Shown piece after piece: positions 39,256 to 50,748 of a DNA stretch of 64,000 bases (its first letter is position 1; each line of letters begins with the position of its first letter). The stretch is from NCBI GenBank assembly GCA_965603825.1, contig CBFDEM010000052.1, forward strand, positions 124,001-188,000, written 5' to 3'. Under the pieces are notes generated by a model that saw nothing but the letters and a program-made list of their open reading frames with translations, did not search any database and had not been told where the DNA came from. Made by a program: the position numbers and the translations under genes. This DNA comes from Blepharisma stoltei ATCC 30299 (Eukaryota; Protista; Ciliophora).

Positions 39256-41371
39256 ATGGTAAATAAAGGAGAAATTACTCTACCACAGAGAGAAGCAAAT
39301 TTCCCAACACCAGCAAATTCTAGCGAAGATACAATAATTGAAGAGCAACATAAGATTTATGCTCAATCATGATCAAGTAGTAGTTCGAGCAATAAAGAAC
39401 GTATAGAAAATATTCCTCTTGAAATTTTATCAGATGAAAGCACTCCACCATCTCCTAATTCAATAAGCGAATCAAAAAGCTCATCAAATATAGAGACATC
39501 AACAACAGCACCTACAAACACTGATATTTGAAAGTATATTGTATTACTATTGGAAGGCAATGAAATAAACAGAAAAGATATTGTGAATAATAAATTAACA
39601 TATCAATTCATAGACTTTCAAGACATTTTCAAAGCTAGATGAAAGGATCACAGTCAAAATCTACAAGAAAAAAAATCGCAAAAATTGAATTCAAGTGAAT
39701 CATGTGAACAAAAGAGCAAATATAACTTTTTTTCTTTGCTTCAGCCTTACTATTCAACTTTTGAATCTGAAGAAGAATTCAAAAAAGTTAACGATTCATC
39801 AACAAATCCGAAAATTGAAGAATATGAAGCTATCTCTAAAAGAATATCTGATAAAAATACTGATAAGTTCAAAATTTTCTTAAAAATTTATAAAATTTAT
39901 AGTCAAGTCGAAGTCGAAGATGATGAACATTTTGACTTGAGTCGTGCAAGAGATGTTCTTGATTTATTAGATGATAGATTTTTTATTCAAAAACATTCGC
40001 CAAAATATGAAACTTACTCCTTGATAGACAAATTTAAGATAAATATTGCTAATCAATTAAATAAGTCAACGTCAAAAGATGAAATAACTGGATGAATTTT
40101 TATAGCGCATGAGATAAGCATTAAATGGAAAAATATTGAAATGACTGATGCAATAATATTAACTTGTAATCGTTTTATGAATCTCTTTAAAGAAGAAAAA
40201 GTTCAAAATGATAAATTATTGGTAATACTGAATAAATTTATTGGCCCCAAAGAGGAAAATGGATGCAAATTAGGATCCGAAGCTTTGGAATGGCTAAAAG
40301 CTAACTATCGAAAAGAAGGATTGAACTCCAGAATGAAAGCTATGATTAGTGCTATTAAAAAGAATAGATTTAAACTTGAAATATGCCAAAAAGATTTCCT
40401 TGAAAACCTCCAAAACAAACTTCAACACTGAACTTTTAGTGCATATAGAAAAATAAATTCTTTGAAGAGAAGAAGCAAAAATTTGATGATTAATGGTATT
40501 GCTAGAAATCTCAAAATAATTAATAAAGGAGAAATAGAAAATATAAGGAAATTTTGTCATGCATATGGAGGGAATGCCTCTCTTTACGAATGCATTTACA
40601 AAAATGAAAATGCACTTATAAAAAAATATAAATATACTAAAAGTAGTAAAGATGAAATTAAAAAAATTGTCAATGAGATTGCAAATGCAATCTATCTTAG
40701 TAAAATTAATGAAACAAATATTTATACTAAGGTTTTCGGCTTATTTTTAGAAGAAATTGGAGAAACTAAAGAAAAAGAAAAAATATATTGCATTAACCTT
40801 CTGATGGAAAAGTGCTCAGGCACTTTGGAAGAATATATAGATAATTTTAATTGCGATGATAATGCCTTTAGCGATTTTGCAGATTCACTGCTTAATGGTA
40901 TTCTCTTGCTTCATCAACATGGGTTGAGTATTAATAACATTACTCCAAGTAAGATTTTGTAAAAGAAGTAGAGGGCCGGCTTATATTGAAAATAGATAGC
41001 CATCACATTTTGTCTGCAATTTCTTCAACTGGAGCAGGATTTTCCCAAACTACTGATTTCTATTGCTCAACTGGCAATCTCAGCTTTACAGCTCCTGAGG
41101 TTTTAATATGTTTTGAGAATCACGACAAAAAGCTCAGGATAAATAGCATGAGTGCTGATGTATTTTCTATTGGAATGATTTTATTTTATGTAAAAACTTC
41201 TATATGACCTCCAGAGGAAATTCAGATCGAAAAAAATATATTAAAAATGGAATAAGCAAAGTTAAAATTTCATGGCTTAAAACGCTGTTGAAAAATATGA
41301 TTCGTTCAGACCCTAAAAAAAGAAAAAAGATAAGCGAGTTAATAAGGTTAAAGCACGAGCTAATTAACTAA
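39256..41371 (+). pseudogene. Array kinase copy 3: pseudokinase with two -1 frameshifts
   Basis: Open from ATG 39256 to 40959; single-base losses near 40955-40958 and 41216-41220; catalytic loop reads INNITPSK and the DFG position reads KIDSHH. Confidence 0.8.
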
Positions 41372-41817
41372 TAATATTTTACTTGAGCCAATTGATTAAG
41401 AAAATAAGGATCATTTTAAAATATCAGATGCGTAGCCTTAATCAGATATAAAATATGTTTTTAATAGAAAATTTATAATTATTTGAAAATATTAAAAAGC
41501 TATATTATAGAATTCTGGCTTCTATAAAAACTATTAAAAAGTGCTAAGCCAAAATATTGATAATTAATTTAAAATAAAATCCTTTCTTGCTTCATATGCA
41601 GTAATTAATTTAATCTACATATTTTTAAAAAGCTAATTCCATTTTTTTGATGAATGAGATATCCATGCCAAGGTAACAAATACTGGTCTTTTCTAAAATT
41701 CTCTATTAATGCTTAATTTCTAATTATATTAATAGAAAGCAGCAGAAAAACATTAGGATGAGCTTTATTATTTTTAATAATTTAGGTCTCATTAGATGCA
41801 AATGGAATATTTTTATA

Positions 41818-42444
41818 ATGGGCTGCATTTTAGGACATGGACAACAATCTAACGTCGCGGAATCAAGAGTAAATAGAGATGATAAAGCAATTGCAGAGCT
41901 TAAAATTACTCGAGATAAAGTCAGAGCTTACATTAAAAAACTTGAAAACTGCATCGACCATTGTAAATCCGCAATAAAAACTTGCATCCAAAATAAGCAA
42001 AAAGATAAAGCCTTGCTAGCACTTAAAAAGCAAAAATATTTAGAAAAGAACTTAGAAACTGCAAGAGGAGAACAGTTAAATCTTGATCAGCTCATAAGTG
42101 ACGTGGAAAATGCCCAGATTCAGAAAAATATTTATGAATCTCTAAAGCAAGGCACTGAGTTTCTTAAATGCATAAATCAACAATTAACAGTTGATGATGT
42201 TGAAAAGCTTATGGAAGAAACTGCTGAAGCCATTGAATACCAGCAACAAATTGGTGAAGCATTGTCTCAGCAAGCAGTAGTCCATGATGATAATAAACTT
42301 TTAGAAGAACTGGACAATTTAGAAGTTTTAGAGCTTGATATTCCTTCAGTCCCTATTCAACCCCTGCCTAAGGTTAAAAAAGAAGTGCCTGAAGAAAAAT
42401 ATGAAGAAAATGTATCAGGTGAGAAAAATGTTATCGTTATTTAA
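41818..42444 (+). CDS. VPS20: ESCRT-III subunit Vps20/CHMP6 (Snf7 family)
   Basis: MGC start; DKAIAELKITRDK, KALLALKKQKY, LKQGTEFLK, VEKLMEETAEAIEYQ. Confidence 0.9.
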   Translation: MGCILGHGQQSNVAESRVNRDDKAIAELKITRDKVRAYIKKLENCIDHCKSAIKTCIQNKQKDKALLALKKQKYLEKNLETARGEQLNLDQLISDVENAQIQKNIYESLKQGTEFLKCINQQLTVDDVEKLMEETAEAIEYQQQIGEALSQQAVVHDDNKLLEELDNLEVLELDIPSVPIQPLPKVKKEVPEEKYEENVSGEKNVIVI

Positions 42445-42503
42445 TGGAAATTACTAAAAATCATTAAATAATATTGAAAAATAAGAAATCCGTAATTATC
42501 TAC

Positions 42504-44339
42504 TTATAATTCTTCTAATTCTTCAATCACAACAGGTGTTGCCCAATAATTAACGTCTGAATAAGTATCTGGCTCGCCCTGCACTTCTCCAATACTTTCA
42601 CTTTTTATTTCTTTTTCAGGATCCGGCTCGTTATTTTCTTCTTTTTTCTCTTCATTTTCATTCAAATCAAACATTAAGTCTTCGCTAGTCAGTGGCTTTT
42701 CATTAGTCTCAATTTCTTCTTCAGGAATTTCTAATTCCTCATTAGAATTTTCATTATTGCTATAGGAAGAAAAAGGGTTTGTTGAGTTTTCCTCACTGTC
42801 TCTGGCATCTTCTTCAGCGAAATGGTCTCCGAAAGACAGAGGCTGATACCCTCCAAGGTGTCGATTTTCTAAGAAATTTGTGTTTTCTAGGTACGAGGAT
42901 TTAAACTCATCCCATCTTTCAGTTTTTGATATAATTTCTGTAATTTCTGGACGATTTTCAGAAGTTTTTACTATTAAATTTGAAATTCTTGTAATATGTC
43001 CCATATATCCAGGCTTTAATGATGGATTTCTTGTACCTGGGCGCCCCGGGTTTAGTCCTTTTTCTATAATTTTTGCCAAAAATCCTGAAGTATTTAATAG
43101 CTGCTCCTTCAAAACTTGTGAAGACGATAACAAAATCGCATTCACAAACTGCTCAAAAGTCGTATGGAGTATTGAATTCCATTCAAATTTAAAGAAAATC
43201 CCCACAATGGTTTTTACCACCTCAATTTCCTCAATTTTTGCTTGGATTTCTTTAATTTCCATCTTGATAGCTGCCCCAATTACTTCAATTATCTTTATTT
43301 TCCCTTCTCCTAGTGCCTCAATATCTTCATTAAAAGTCGTTTGAATTTGCCCGCCATGGAAATTTTCTAAAATTTCTTTTAATTTTGGCAAAACTGTTAC
43401 GAAACTTTCAATAAATTCAGGGGATTCTTCGTCTTCAAGCAGGGTAGAGGCATCCTCATCAAGATTTGTGGCTTGTTTTTTGGATAATGTCAATAAATCG
43501 GTATGAGAGCTGCTTGCCATGATGGCTCTAAGGACAGTGACGACTGCGTTTATATTATAATTATTTTGAGATGTAAGGCCTTCTGTAAGCAAATATAAGG
43601 ATTCTTTTTGTGTAAGAACTCCAGCGAGCTCAGGCCAGGAGTTTACGTCGTTATGCTTTGATATTAGCTCACATAAGATTTGACTGGAATTTAAAGCGGC
43701 ATTGGGGTTTGAGGATGCTAAATTTTTTATCAAATTTTGGACGATTTCTTTCCTCTGAATAACATAAAAAGTCTCTGAAGGATTTTCTACGAGAATTATT
43801 TTTGTTATGATATCTAATACCGCTCTATATTCTAAGTGCTGCACAAACCAGGAATTCCAAGATTTCTCAATAATAAATTTGAGCAGTTCAGGCGGGTTTC
43901 TGATAAAAAGGCTTATGACAAGTCTGCTTACATATCCAGCTAATGTCAAATTCAATGGCTCTACAAAGAAGCTAAATAATTTTTCCAGTAAAGTTTGGTC
44001 ATCATAAAACTTATCCAACAAACTTGGAATTTCACACGCAAACAATTCTGAGGCAAGGAATGGAAACTTATGCCCACGTTTATTGTCAGCGTCATCTGGT
44101 GGGAAAACTGAAATATACTCAATCAATTCCATAATTCTGTCTCTGTTCAAGCTGCATAATGATTACAAGTCAATTAATTTCTGATTTTGGTTTCTCATTT
44201 CCTGCAAAATTTCATCCTGATCCAGCAACTGGGCAAGGGTTGTTTCTTCTTTTTCTAAAATTTCGTCAATCTGTGACGAGCTTTGAAAACCTCTGAAATT
44301 GGCCCAAAAAGACCCTCCAAAATTGCCCATCATTCTCAT
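42504..44339 (-). CDS. SAPS-family PP6/Sit4 regulatory subunit; 15-nt intron 44152-44166
   Basis: Spliced N-terminus FW..SQIDEILEKEETTLAQLLDQDEILQEMRNQNQKLIDFL; KFPFLASELF, FFKFEWNSILH, GYMGHITRISN. Confidence 0.92.
44152..44166 (-). other. 15-nt spliceosomal intron
   Basis: GTAATCATTATGCAG; removal deletes an in-frame TAA and gives KLIDFL. Confidence 0.9.
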
Positions 44340-44364
44340 TTTTATATTTATTGCAAGAATTAGT

Positions 44365-45735
44365 TTAAATTATACAGCAATTTTTCTCTTCTCGGATATG
44401 CTTTTCTGTAGGGATTTCTGGTGAAGGGGTTTTAAGCTTCATTATTATTGAGCGGTTTATTATCTCTGGAGGCTCATTCCGCTCGGTAAGCTGTGAAGAA
44501 TAATCGTCCTCTGGAGAAGATTTATTTTGTGTATCAATATCGTTTATGGAATCCTGCTCGTGGATAATTATTTCGTGTATCGTCTCAGGGAAAAAATCAG
44601 ATTTTGCCTCATGCAGAGTAGGAAGACTTGGAGGGTCGATTTCTGTAGGATGGTTCTTTTTAGGGTGGATTGTTTTGGAGCGGTGGTGTTTGGCTCTTTT
44701 AGCTGGATGCATCTGTTTAAAATCGTCAAGGATTTCATGGCGAACTTCAGGACTTAGCCCAACTGTATGGGTTGAGCTCCTTTTGGAACGTCTAGCATGA
44801 GTTTTTGTAGAGTCTCGACGGTAATTGCTTCTACACCTAAGTTTTGGTGTTGATTCCAAGACAGCTGAAGAGTCTTTTAACCAGCCAAAAGTATATTCCG
44901 GAGTTTCTAAGCTGTATTTCGCTTTTTCTAATAGACTTCTTAGATAATCATATTTAGGTTTCTCATCAAATTTTAGGCTTCTTGCATAATTTAGAAATTC
45001 TGCAAATTCACTAGGGCATCCTGTGCATAATTCGTGCACAGTGACTGCAGCCTTTATTGCGAAAACTTTTTGCCATTTTCCCATACATTTCTTATGGGCT
45101 GATTTTTGCCATGGCAGTCTTCCTTTCACAAGGTAAACCAATATGTAGCCTAAACTTTCAAGATCATCTCTTCGAGATTGTCTGAATCCCATATGGTTAT
45201 TTAAAGAAGCAAAGCTTGAATTTCCAACACAGGAGCATCCTGTTTGCTCAGATTGATGATGGTTTCCAATCATAAATTCTTTTGCAAGACCAAAGTCAAT
45301 TAAATATAAAAAATCATAATTCATATCAAATAAACAGTTATGAGGCTTCATGTCACGATGGATAACCCCAGCTGTATGAATATTCTCCAGCCTAGTTAGC
45401 AGTTGAAGGCCAGCCTTTATTGAAGCTGCAATTGGCAGTTTTCCCCCGTTTTGCTTTATCGCATTTCCTAAGCTAAGACCTAGTAATTCGAAGACCATAT
45501 AAGTCACTTCGTCCACTCTTCCAGATTCATACACTTTTGGTATTCCTTCAATATTTTGCAGTTTTGTAAGTATACGAGACTCAGCAATTACCACCCCACG
45601 GGTTTTTATATCTGTTTTTATAGCCACGTATTTATTTGTTTTTGTGTTAATTGCTTTGTAAACTTTTCCAAATCCACCGCTCCCCAAAACACTTTCAATC
45701 TTATACTTGTTTAGAAAGATGTCACTTAGTTCCAT
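44365..45735 (-). CDS. Casein kinase 1 family kinase with C-terminal CaaX-like motif
   Basis: LGSGGFG, ELLGLSL, IHRDMKP, LIDFGLAK, FASLNNH, QSRRDDLESLGY, LPWQ; ends CCII. Confidence 0.93.
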   Translation of the reverse strand: MELSDIFLNKYKIESVLGSGGFGKVYKAINTKTNKYVAIKTDIKTRGVVIAESRILTKLQNIEGIPKVYESGRVDEVTYMVFELLGLSLGNAIKQNGGKLPIAASIKAGLQLLTRLENIHTAGVIHRDMKPHNCLFDMNYDFLYLIDFGLAKEFMIGNHHQSEQTGCSCVGNSSFASLNNHMGFRQSRRDDLESLGYILVYLVKGRLPWQKSAHKKCMGKWQKVFAIKAAVTVHELCTGCPSEFAEFLNYARSLKFDEKPKYDYLRSLLEKAKYSLETPEYTFGWLKDSSAVLESTPKLRCRSNYRRDSTKTHARRSKRSSTHTVGLSPEVRHEILDDFKQMHPAKRAKHHRSKTIHPKKNHPTEIDPPSLPTLHEAKSDFFPETIHEIIIHEQDSINDIDTQNKSSPEDDYSSQLTERNEPPEIINRSIIMKLKTPSPEIPTEKHIREEKNCCII

Positions 45736-46200
45736 TAAATTAGAAGGATGGATTTCCTAGTAATTAAATAAATAGCGAGGTTTTATTAAAAATTTTGTGG
45801 TGAATGTCGTAAATTTATTTTCCTTTTATCAAAATAGTAAAATAAGAAACTATGCTAAGAAATGGCTAGAAATTTAGAATATATTAATACTTTTGGGATG
45901 TAAATATTTTATATTTATTGCGATGAATATGTAGATTTATGTTCTCCTAAAAATAAATTATAAAGCAAAAAATCACCACAAAACCATTTTAACAAAAAAG
46001 TTACCAATGATGAGGCTATAGAGTTATAATATGATAATTTAAATTATATGCTTTTCATATGCATTAGGAAGAAGGAAAGCGAACTCCACACAGTTTAGCA
46101 TTATTTTTCCTATTTTATACAAAATATATAGATTAATAGAAAATAATATTTAATTATATGAGAAAACCAATCTAATTATTTTTCTCAAAAATACATAAAG

Positions 46201-47082
46201 TTATTCATTAAACTCAATGTTTACAAATTTCTCCACTTTTGCTCTGCATACTGGGCACTTCATCTGTGGATCATTTCTTATCATTTCAGAGCAAATGACG
46301 CACAAGCAGCAATGTTTGCAGGGCAATGCTGTAACTGTGCATTTATCTCCTAAACAAATCACACATTCTCCTTCACTTTTTTCTAAATTGTAAATTTCAT
46401 TCAAAATAAACCATTTTTGCCTTATGCTAATTTTCTGTTTAAGAATCGACAATTTATAGTTTCCCCCTTCATTTTCAATAGCCAAAAAGCAAGTCTGTGT
46501 CTGCATATTAGTTTTATCCTCATTTCTAATATTTACAACAATTGGGATATGGATTTTGTTTTTAAATTGCAATAAATCAGGTGGGTATTTTGAAGGGATG
46601 ATTAAAGATACATTTGGTGGGAATTTTTGTTTCATTCCAGCATTAAAGCGATATGATTGAGGAATAGGGAACATTTTGGTGTCTACTGAAAAGTTTAATG
46701 TATTTTTGCCTAATTGATCCAAATTCTCAACTGCAAAATAATATATGTCGATTATGCAGACACAAAGCGAATCAAACTCGAAAGTTAATGAAAAATTTCC
46801 GGCCTGCTGCGGGACTGGAACTAATTCAAAAGAATTTTTGCGTAAATAAACTTCTAAATGCACCCTATCTTGAGATTCTACACTGGTTAATGGGATTGGC
46901 CCTTTTGGAGCATTTCTATTTGCTGGAGGTGGAGGAGGTGGAGGATTTCTATAAATAGGCTGCTGATTTGGAGGATTTGCTGCTGCTCGTGGCGGGAGTT
47001 GGTTTTGAGCTTGGTTTCTAGGCTGATTGCTTGATTGGTTTGTTCTATTTGTATTACTTCCAGAGCCTACACATGCTCCCAT
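46201..47082 (-). CDS. Mahogunin (MGRN1)/LOG2-like RING E3 ligase
   Basis: MGAC start; central domain (LTFEFDS, LKQKI, LNEIY); RING CVICL..LPCKHCCLC..C..CPVCR. Confidence 0.85.
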   Translation of the reverse strand: MGACVGSGSNTNRTNQSSNQPRNQAQNQLPPRAAANPPNQQPIYRNPPPPPPPANRNAPKGPIPLTSVESQDRVHLEVYLRKNSFELVPVPQQAGNFSLTFEFDSLCVCIIDIYYFAVENLDQLGKNTLNFSVDTKMFPIPQSYRFNAGMKQKFPPNVSLIIPSKYPPDLLQFKNKIHIPIVVNIRNEDKTNMQTQTCFLAIENEGGNYKLSILKQKISIRQKWFILNEIYNLEKSEGECVICLGDKCTVTALPCKHCCLCVICSEMIRNDPQMKCPVCRAKVEKFVNIEFNE

Positions 47083-47324
47083 TTTATATTAATACACATT
47101 AATAAAAGAAAAACTTAAAAAGGCTTTAAAAATATCGAAAAACAACTATTTCCTTCTACATTTTATTAAAAGCTTATTTAATCATATTTCCTATTCATAA
47201 GCCTCTTGATTATCATTGCTACTGAAAAATATTTTTGATGGAAATATTAAGCCATTTTCTCAATAAAATGTCAGTTAAATAATGATTATAGAAACGCTCT
47301 CTGCTAAACTAAATTTTATTTACA

Positions 47325-47726
47325 CTACCTTAATCCTTGATTAAGCTCCATATTAAGTCTTGCGGTAGCTTCCAAAGTATTCGCATTAATCGATACAAGA
47401 GGGATTCTCTGATTAAAAATGCTCGGTTTATTAGCAGATACATCAGGAGTCTTCAGAGTTTTTTTCCTTTTAAATGATATAGGTGTCTTTATAGGTGAGA
47501 GAGGTGAGCAGCATCTTTTAACTGGTGTTTGTGGTTCTGTTTTGATTTCTTTTGGGTTGCCATCACTATGTGAAGGATCCGATTCAAGAAGATTTGACGA
47601 TTCTTCTGGTCTGTAATAAGCAAAATAATGCTTTTGGAACATATATGTAATAAATAATGTGACTGCCATCAAAAGACCGTAGATTGTACAAGTAGCTAAA
47701 GAATTGTCAAAAAATTCAGTCGCCAT
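47325..47726 (-). CDS. Hypothetical single-TM protein
   Basis: 133-aa ORF with an N-terminal hydrophobic helix. Confidence 0.65.
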   Translation of the reverse strand: MATEFFDNSLATCTIYGLLMAVTLFITYMFQKHYFAYYRPEESSNLLESDPSHSDGNPKEIKTEPQTPVKRCCSPLSPIKTPISFKRKKTLKTPDVSANKPSIFNQRIPLVSINANTLEATARLNMELNQGLR

Positions 47727-47782
47727 TTGAATTTAAATATGAAAGCGTTAAAATAGAATTATTTATTTTCATATAAAATTAA

Positions 47783-48646
47783 CTATCCATTTAAAGCTCT
47801 AGCCCTCATCTGTGCATAATCATTTGGATCAAACCATGGTAAAAAGCTCATCCCAAAGCTCCTTAGAGTTTCCCAGCATTTTACATAAATCTTTTTCGCT
47901 TTATCCATATCTCTTGGTACAGTTCCGAATTTTTCAGGCATAATAAACGCTAAATATTCTCTTGGGAGTCTCTGCAGCTGTTTTTCTCTATGTTTTTCAA
48001 TTTTCAGTCTAACATTAACCAAATACAAAACAAAAATAAACAAGTAATAGTCTAAATTTGTACTAGATCCCAAATACAATTGGGTTATAAATAAAAATAG
48101 AATTCATCTCATCAGCATTTGTATATCAAAATACACAGACAAAGGCACCCCTTGCAGCCTTATTCTTCTAGGCTGTTCATTATCCATCATATGTTTAATC
48201 CTTTTCCCTATATCTGGATGGCATAAAGGTAAGGTGTTTAATATTGAATGTTCTGGGATAAGCTGTGAGCTTTGTTCTGCATGTTTGGTGTCAATAAGGA
48301 TTTGTTTGACTATATCATACTTGTGAAGGTACTCAATTTCTCTTTCTTTAAATGCAGTAGAATTAAAGCCTGTTTTCTCTGGATCTGGAGGATTTGGTAA
48401 TAGTTGAATATCTAAATATATGATCTGGTCACGGTCTTGACCAAAAATTGATGACAAAGGTGTATTGTTATGCAAAATATTTCCTTTATGGATAAGCTGT
48501 TGACATCTTATTGATGGAGACTCAGGATGATATTGGAGAATAAGCTCTTTCACTCGTGAAACATTTCATGTTGGTGGGACTTGCAAAATTATTTCTGCAC
48601 GAGCTGAGACTGGACTTTTCACTTGCAAATTGTAATACGTGTTCAT
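47783..48646 (-). CDS. HERP-like ubiquitin-like-domain membrane protein (ERAD)
   Basis: ATG 48646; LQVKSP..PT(W)NVSRVKELI..HPESP..QQLIHKGNIL UBL; hydrophobic segment; C-terminal SFGMSFLP. Joined across two TGAs. Confidence 0.75.
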
Positions 48647-48715
48647 ATTCATTTTATCTAAATTATTATTAAAATATCCAAAAATTCAGCTAATTTCTCA
48701 AGAAATCAATTTTTA

Positions 48716-49156
48716 TTATTTTTTCACACCTATTTTATTGTTTTCTATCATGAAATATGTTTCTCTTGCAAGCAAAGTGCTTCCAATAATTGATACAGCC
48801 AAGCCAATCAGATAAGGCAATGCTGTAGCAGCTTTTAAAACTTCCCCTGTATACAACACATCGACTTTTTCTGCACAGATATCAGAATACTCGTCACATA
48901 CAAGAATTGAGCTTTCACGAGTATTGAATAAAATCAGATAATAAAACCCAATTAACGACACAATTGAAGTTGCCAAAGCTTCAATTCTAAGCTTTTTTAC
49001 AAATCGAAACCCACAAGCTGATATCAGTAGAACTTGAGGGATAAATTTAACTCAGCTTTTTCACTTTGTGTAGTCAAAAGTGTCTGATAAATCATCAAAA
49101 AGTGCAGAAATTGTAAGTACAATTCCAATTATAGAGACCCCGATTTCCAAAATCAT
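48716..49156 (-). CDS. Hypothetical multi-pass membrane protein (146 aa)
   Basis: ATG 49156 in frame through two TGAs; about four hydrophobic segments. Confidence 0.65.
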
Positions 49157-49220
49157 TATTTTTTATTGTAACATTTTTGAAAATAATTAATAAATGACTT
49201 ATTATAAGAAATCCGATTAT

Positions 49221-50651
49221 TTAATATCTGTATGCTTCCTTTTTGTAAGGTCCTTGGACTGTAACTCCGATGTATGAAGCTTGTTCTTCTGATAAAGTTG
49301 AAAGTTCAGCTCCAAGAGCGTCTAAGTGGAGTCTAGCTACCTTTTCATCAAGTTTCTTTTCAAGTGTGTAGACTTTCTTTTCGTATTTTCCGTCATCTTT
49401 GTGAAGCCAGAGGTCAATTTGAGCCATAGTTTGGTTGGTGAATGAGCAGCTCATGACGAAACTTGGGTGTCCTGTGGCGCAGCCTAAGTTAAGTAATCTT
49501 CCTGATGCCAAAATAATGACACCATGTCCATCTGGGAACCTATACCTATCAACCTGAGGCTTGATGTTTTCAAGCTCAACTCCTGGGTACTTGGTCAATC
49601 CAGCCATATCAATTTCATTATCAAAATGTCCAATGTTTCCGACAATAGCGTTATTCTTCATTTTAGCTAAATCAGCAGCCATAATGATTTTCTTATTTCC
49701 AGTAGCTGTAATGAAAATATCAGCATGTGACACGACGGTTTCTAGTCTTCTGACACTGTAGCCTTCCATACAAGCTTGTAAAGCACAAATTGGGTCGACT
49801 TCAGTAATAACAACTCTGGCTCCTGCAGCTTTCATAGCAGCGGCACATCCTTTGCCGACATCTCCATATCCACAGACAACGACTTCTTTTCCGGCAATCA
49901 TCACATCGGTAGCTCTCATGATTCCGTCTGGTAATGAGTGTCTGCATCCGTAAATGTTATCAAACTTGCTCTTTGTGACTGAGTCATTTACGTTAATTGC
50001 TGGGAACAAAAGTTGGCCGGCTGCAGCTCTTTCGTAGAGTCTCATGACACCAGTGGTGGTCTCTTCAGAAACTCCTCTGATGTGCTCAGCCATGGTTCTC
50101 CATTTTCTTGGGTTGGTTTCGAGGTTTTTCTTGATGATGGTAAGAATAGCTCTCATTTCTTCGTTTTCTTCAGCTTCTGGAACTGGGACCTTGGTTGGGT
50201 CAGCTTCATGCTCAAGCTCCCATTTGACTCCTTCATGGACGAGAAGAGTCATATCACCACCGTCATCAACAATGAGGTTTGGACCATCTGAACCTGGCCA
50301 TGTGATAGCGCTATCTGTGCATTCCCAGTACTCCATCAAGTTTTCACCTTTCCAGGCAAAGACTGCAGCAGTTCCTGCGGCTGCAATAGCTGCTGCTGCG
50401 TGGTCTTGGGTGGAATAGATGTTGCAAGAACACCATCTGACCTGAGCTCCAAGGTTTCTAAGGGTCTCAATAAGGACAGCAGTCTGAATGGTCATATGGA
50501 GTGATCCTGAGATCTTGGCACCAGCTAGAGGCTGTGAAGGACCGAATTCAGCTCTTGTGGCCATTAAGCCAGGCATTTCGACTTCGGCAAGATTGATTTC
50601 TTTGCGTCCCCAGTCTGCTAAGGTGATGTCTTTAACTCTGTAATCAACCAT
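49221..50651 (-). CDS. AHCY: S-adenosylhomocysteine hydrolase
   Basis: [62 protein letters not shown]; ATG 50651. Confidence 0.99.
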   Translation of the reverse strand: MVDYRVKDITLADWGRKEINLAEVEMPGLMATRAEFGPSQPLAGAKISGSLHMTIQTAVLIETLRNLGAQVRWCSCNIYSTQDHAAAAIAAAGTAAVFAWKGENLMEYWECTDSAITWPGSDGPNLIVDDGGDMTLLVHEGVKWELEHEADPTKVPVPEAEENEEMRAILTIIKKNLETNPRKWRTMAEHIRGVSEETTTGVMRLYERAAAGQLLFPAINVNDSVTKSKFDNIYGCRHSLPDGIMRATDVMIAGKEVVVCGYGDVGKGCAAAMKAAGARVVITEVDPICALQACMEGYSVRRLETVVSHADIFITATGNKKIIMAADLAKMKNNAIVGNIGHFDNEIDMAGLTKYPGVELENIKPQVDRYRFPDGHGVIILASGRLLNLGCATGHPSFVMSCSFTNQTMAQIDLWLHKDDGKYEKKVYTLEKKLDEKVARLHLDALGAELSTLSEEQASYIGVTVQGPYKKEAYRY

Positions 50652-50748
50652 GTTTGACCACAATTATTATAAGTCATACTTAGTTATTTCCATTTGTGGA
50701 CTTTTTTATCATTTATTCCACATATGAATCTCAATGCTAAAGAATTTC

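Noticed and set aside
40949-40965. 17-nt GT..AG intron that would restore the kinase-3 frame
   Set aside because: It would delete the conserved strand after the catalytic loop. A one-base deletion gives exact colinearity with the paralogs.
41758-41817. Upstream ATG extension of VPS20
   Set aside because: Vps20/CHMP6 needs an N-terminal MG for myristoylation, which matches ATG 41818.
42880-44007. Antisense and alternate-frame ORFs here and elsewhere (e.g. 13883-14263, 23342-23602, 50044-50418)
   Set aside because: Shadows of real genes or AT-rich spacer; no motifs, mostly non-ATG starts.
49157-49174. ATG at 49174 as start of the membrane protein
   Set aside because: Followed by an in-frame TAA three codons later; ATG 49156 used instead.
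50100-50225. About 40-aa insertion in SAHH relative to the animal enzyme
   Set aside because: Known feature of plant, many protist and many bacterial SAHHs.
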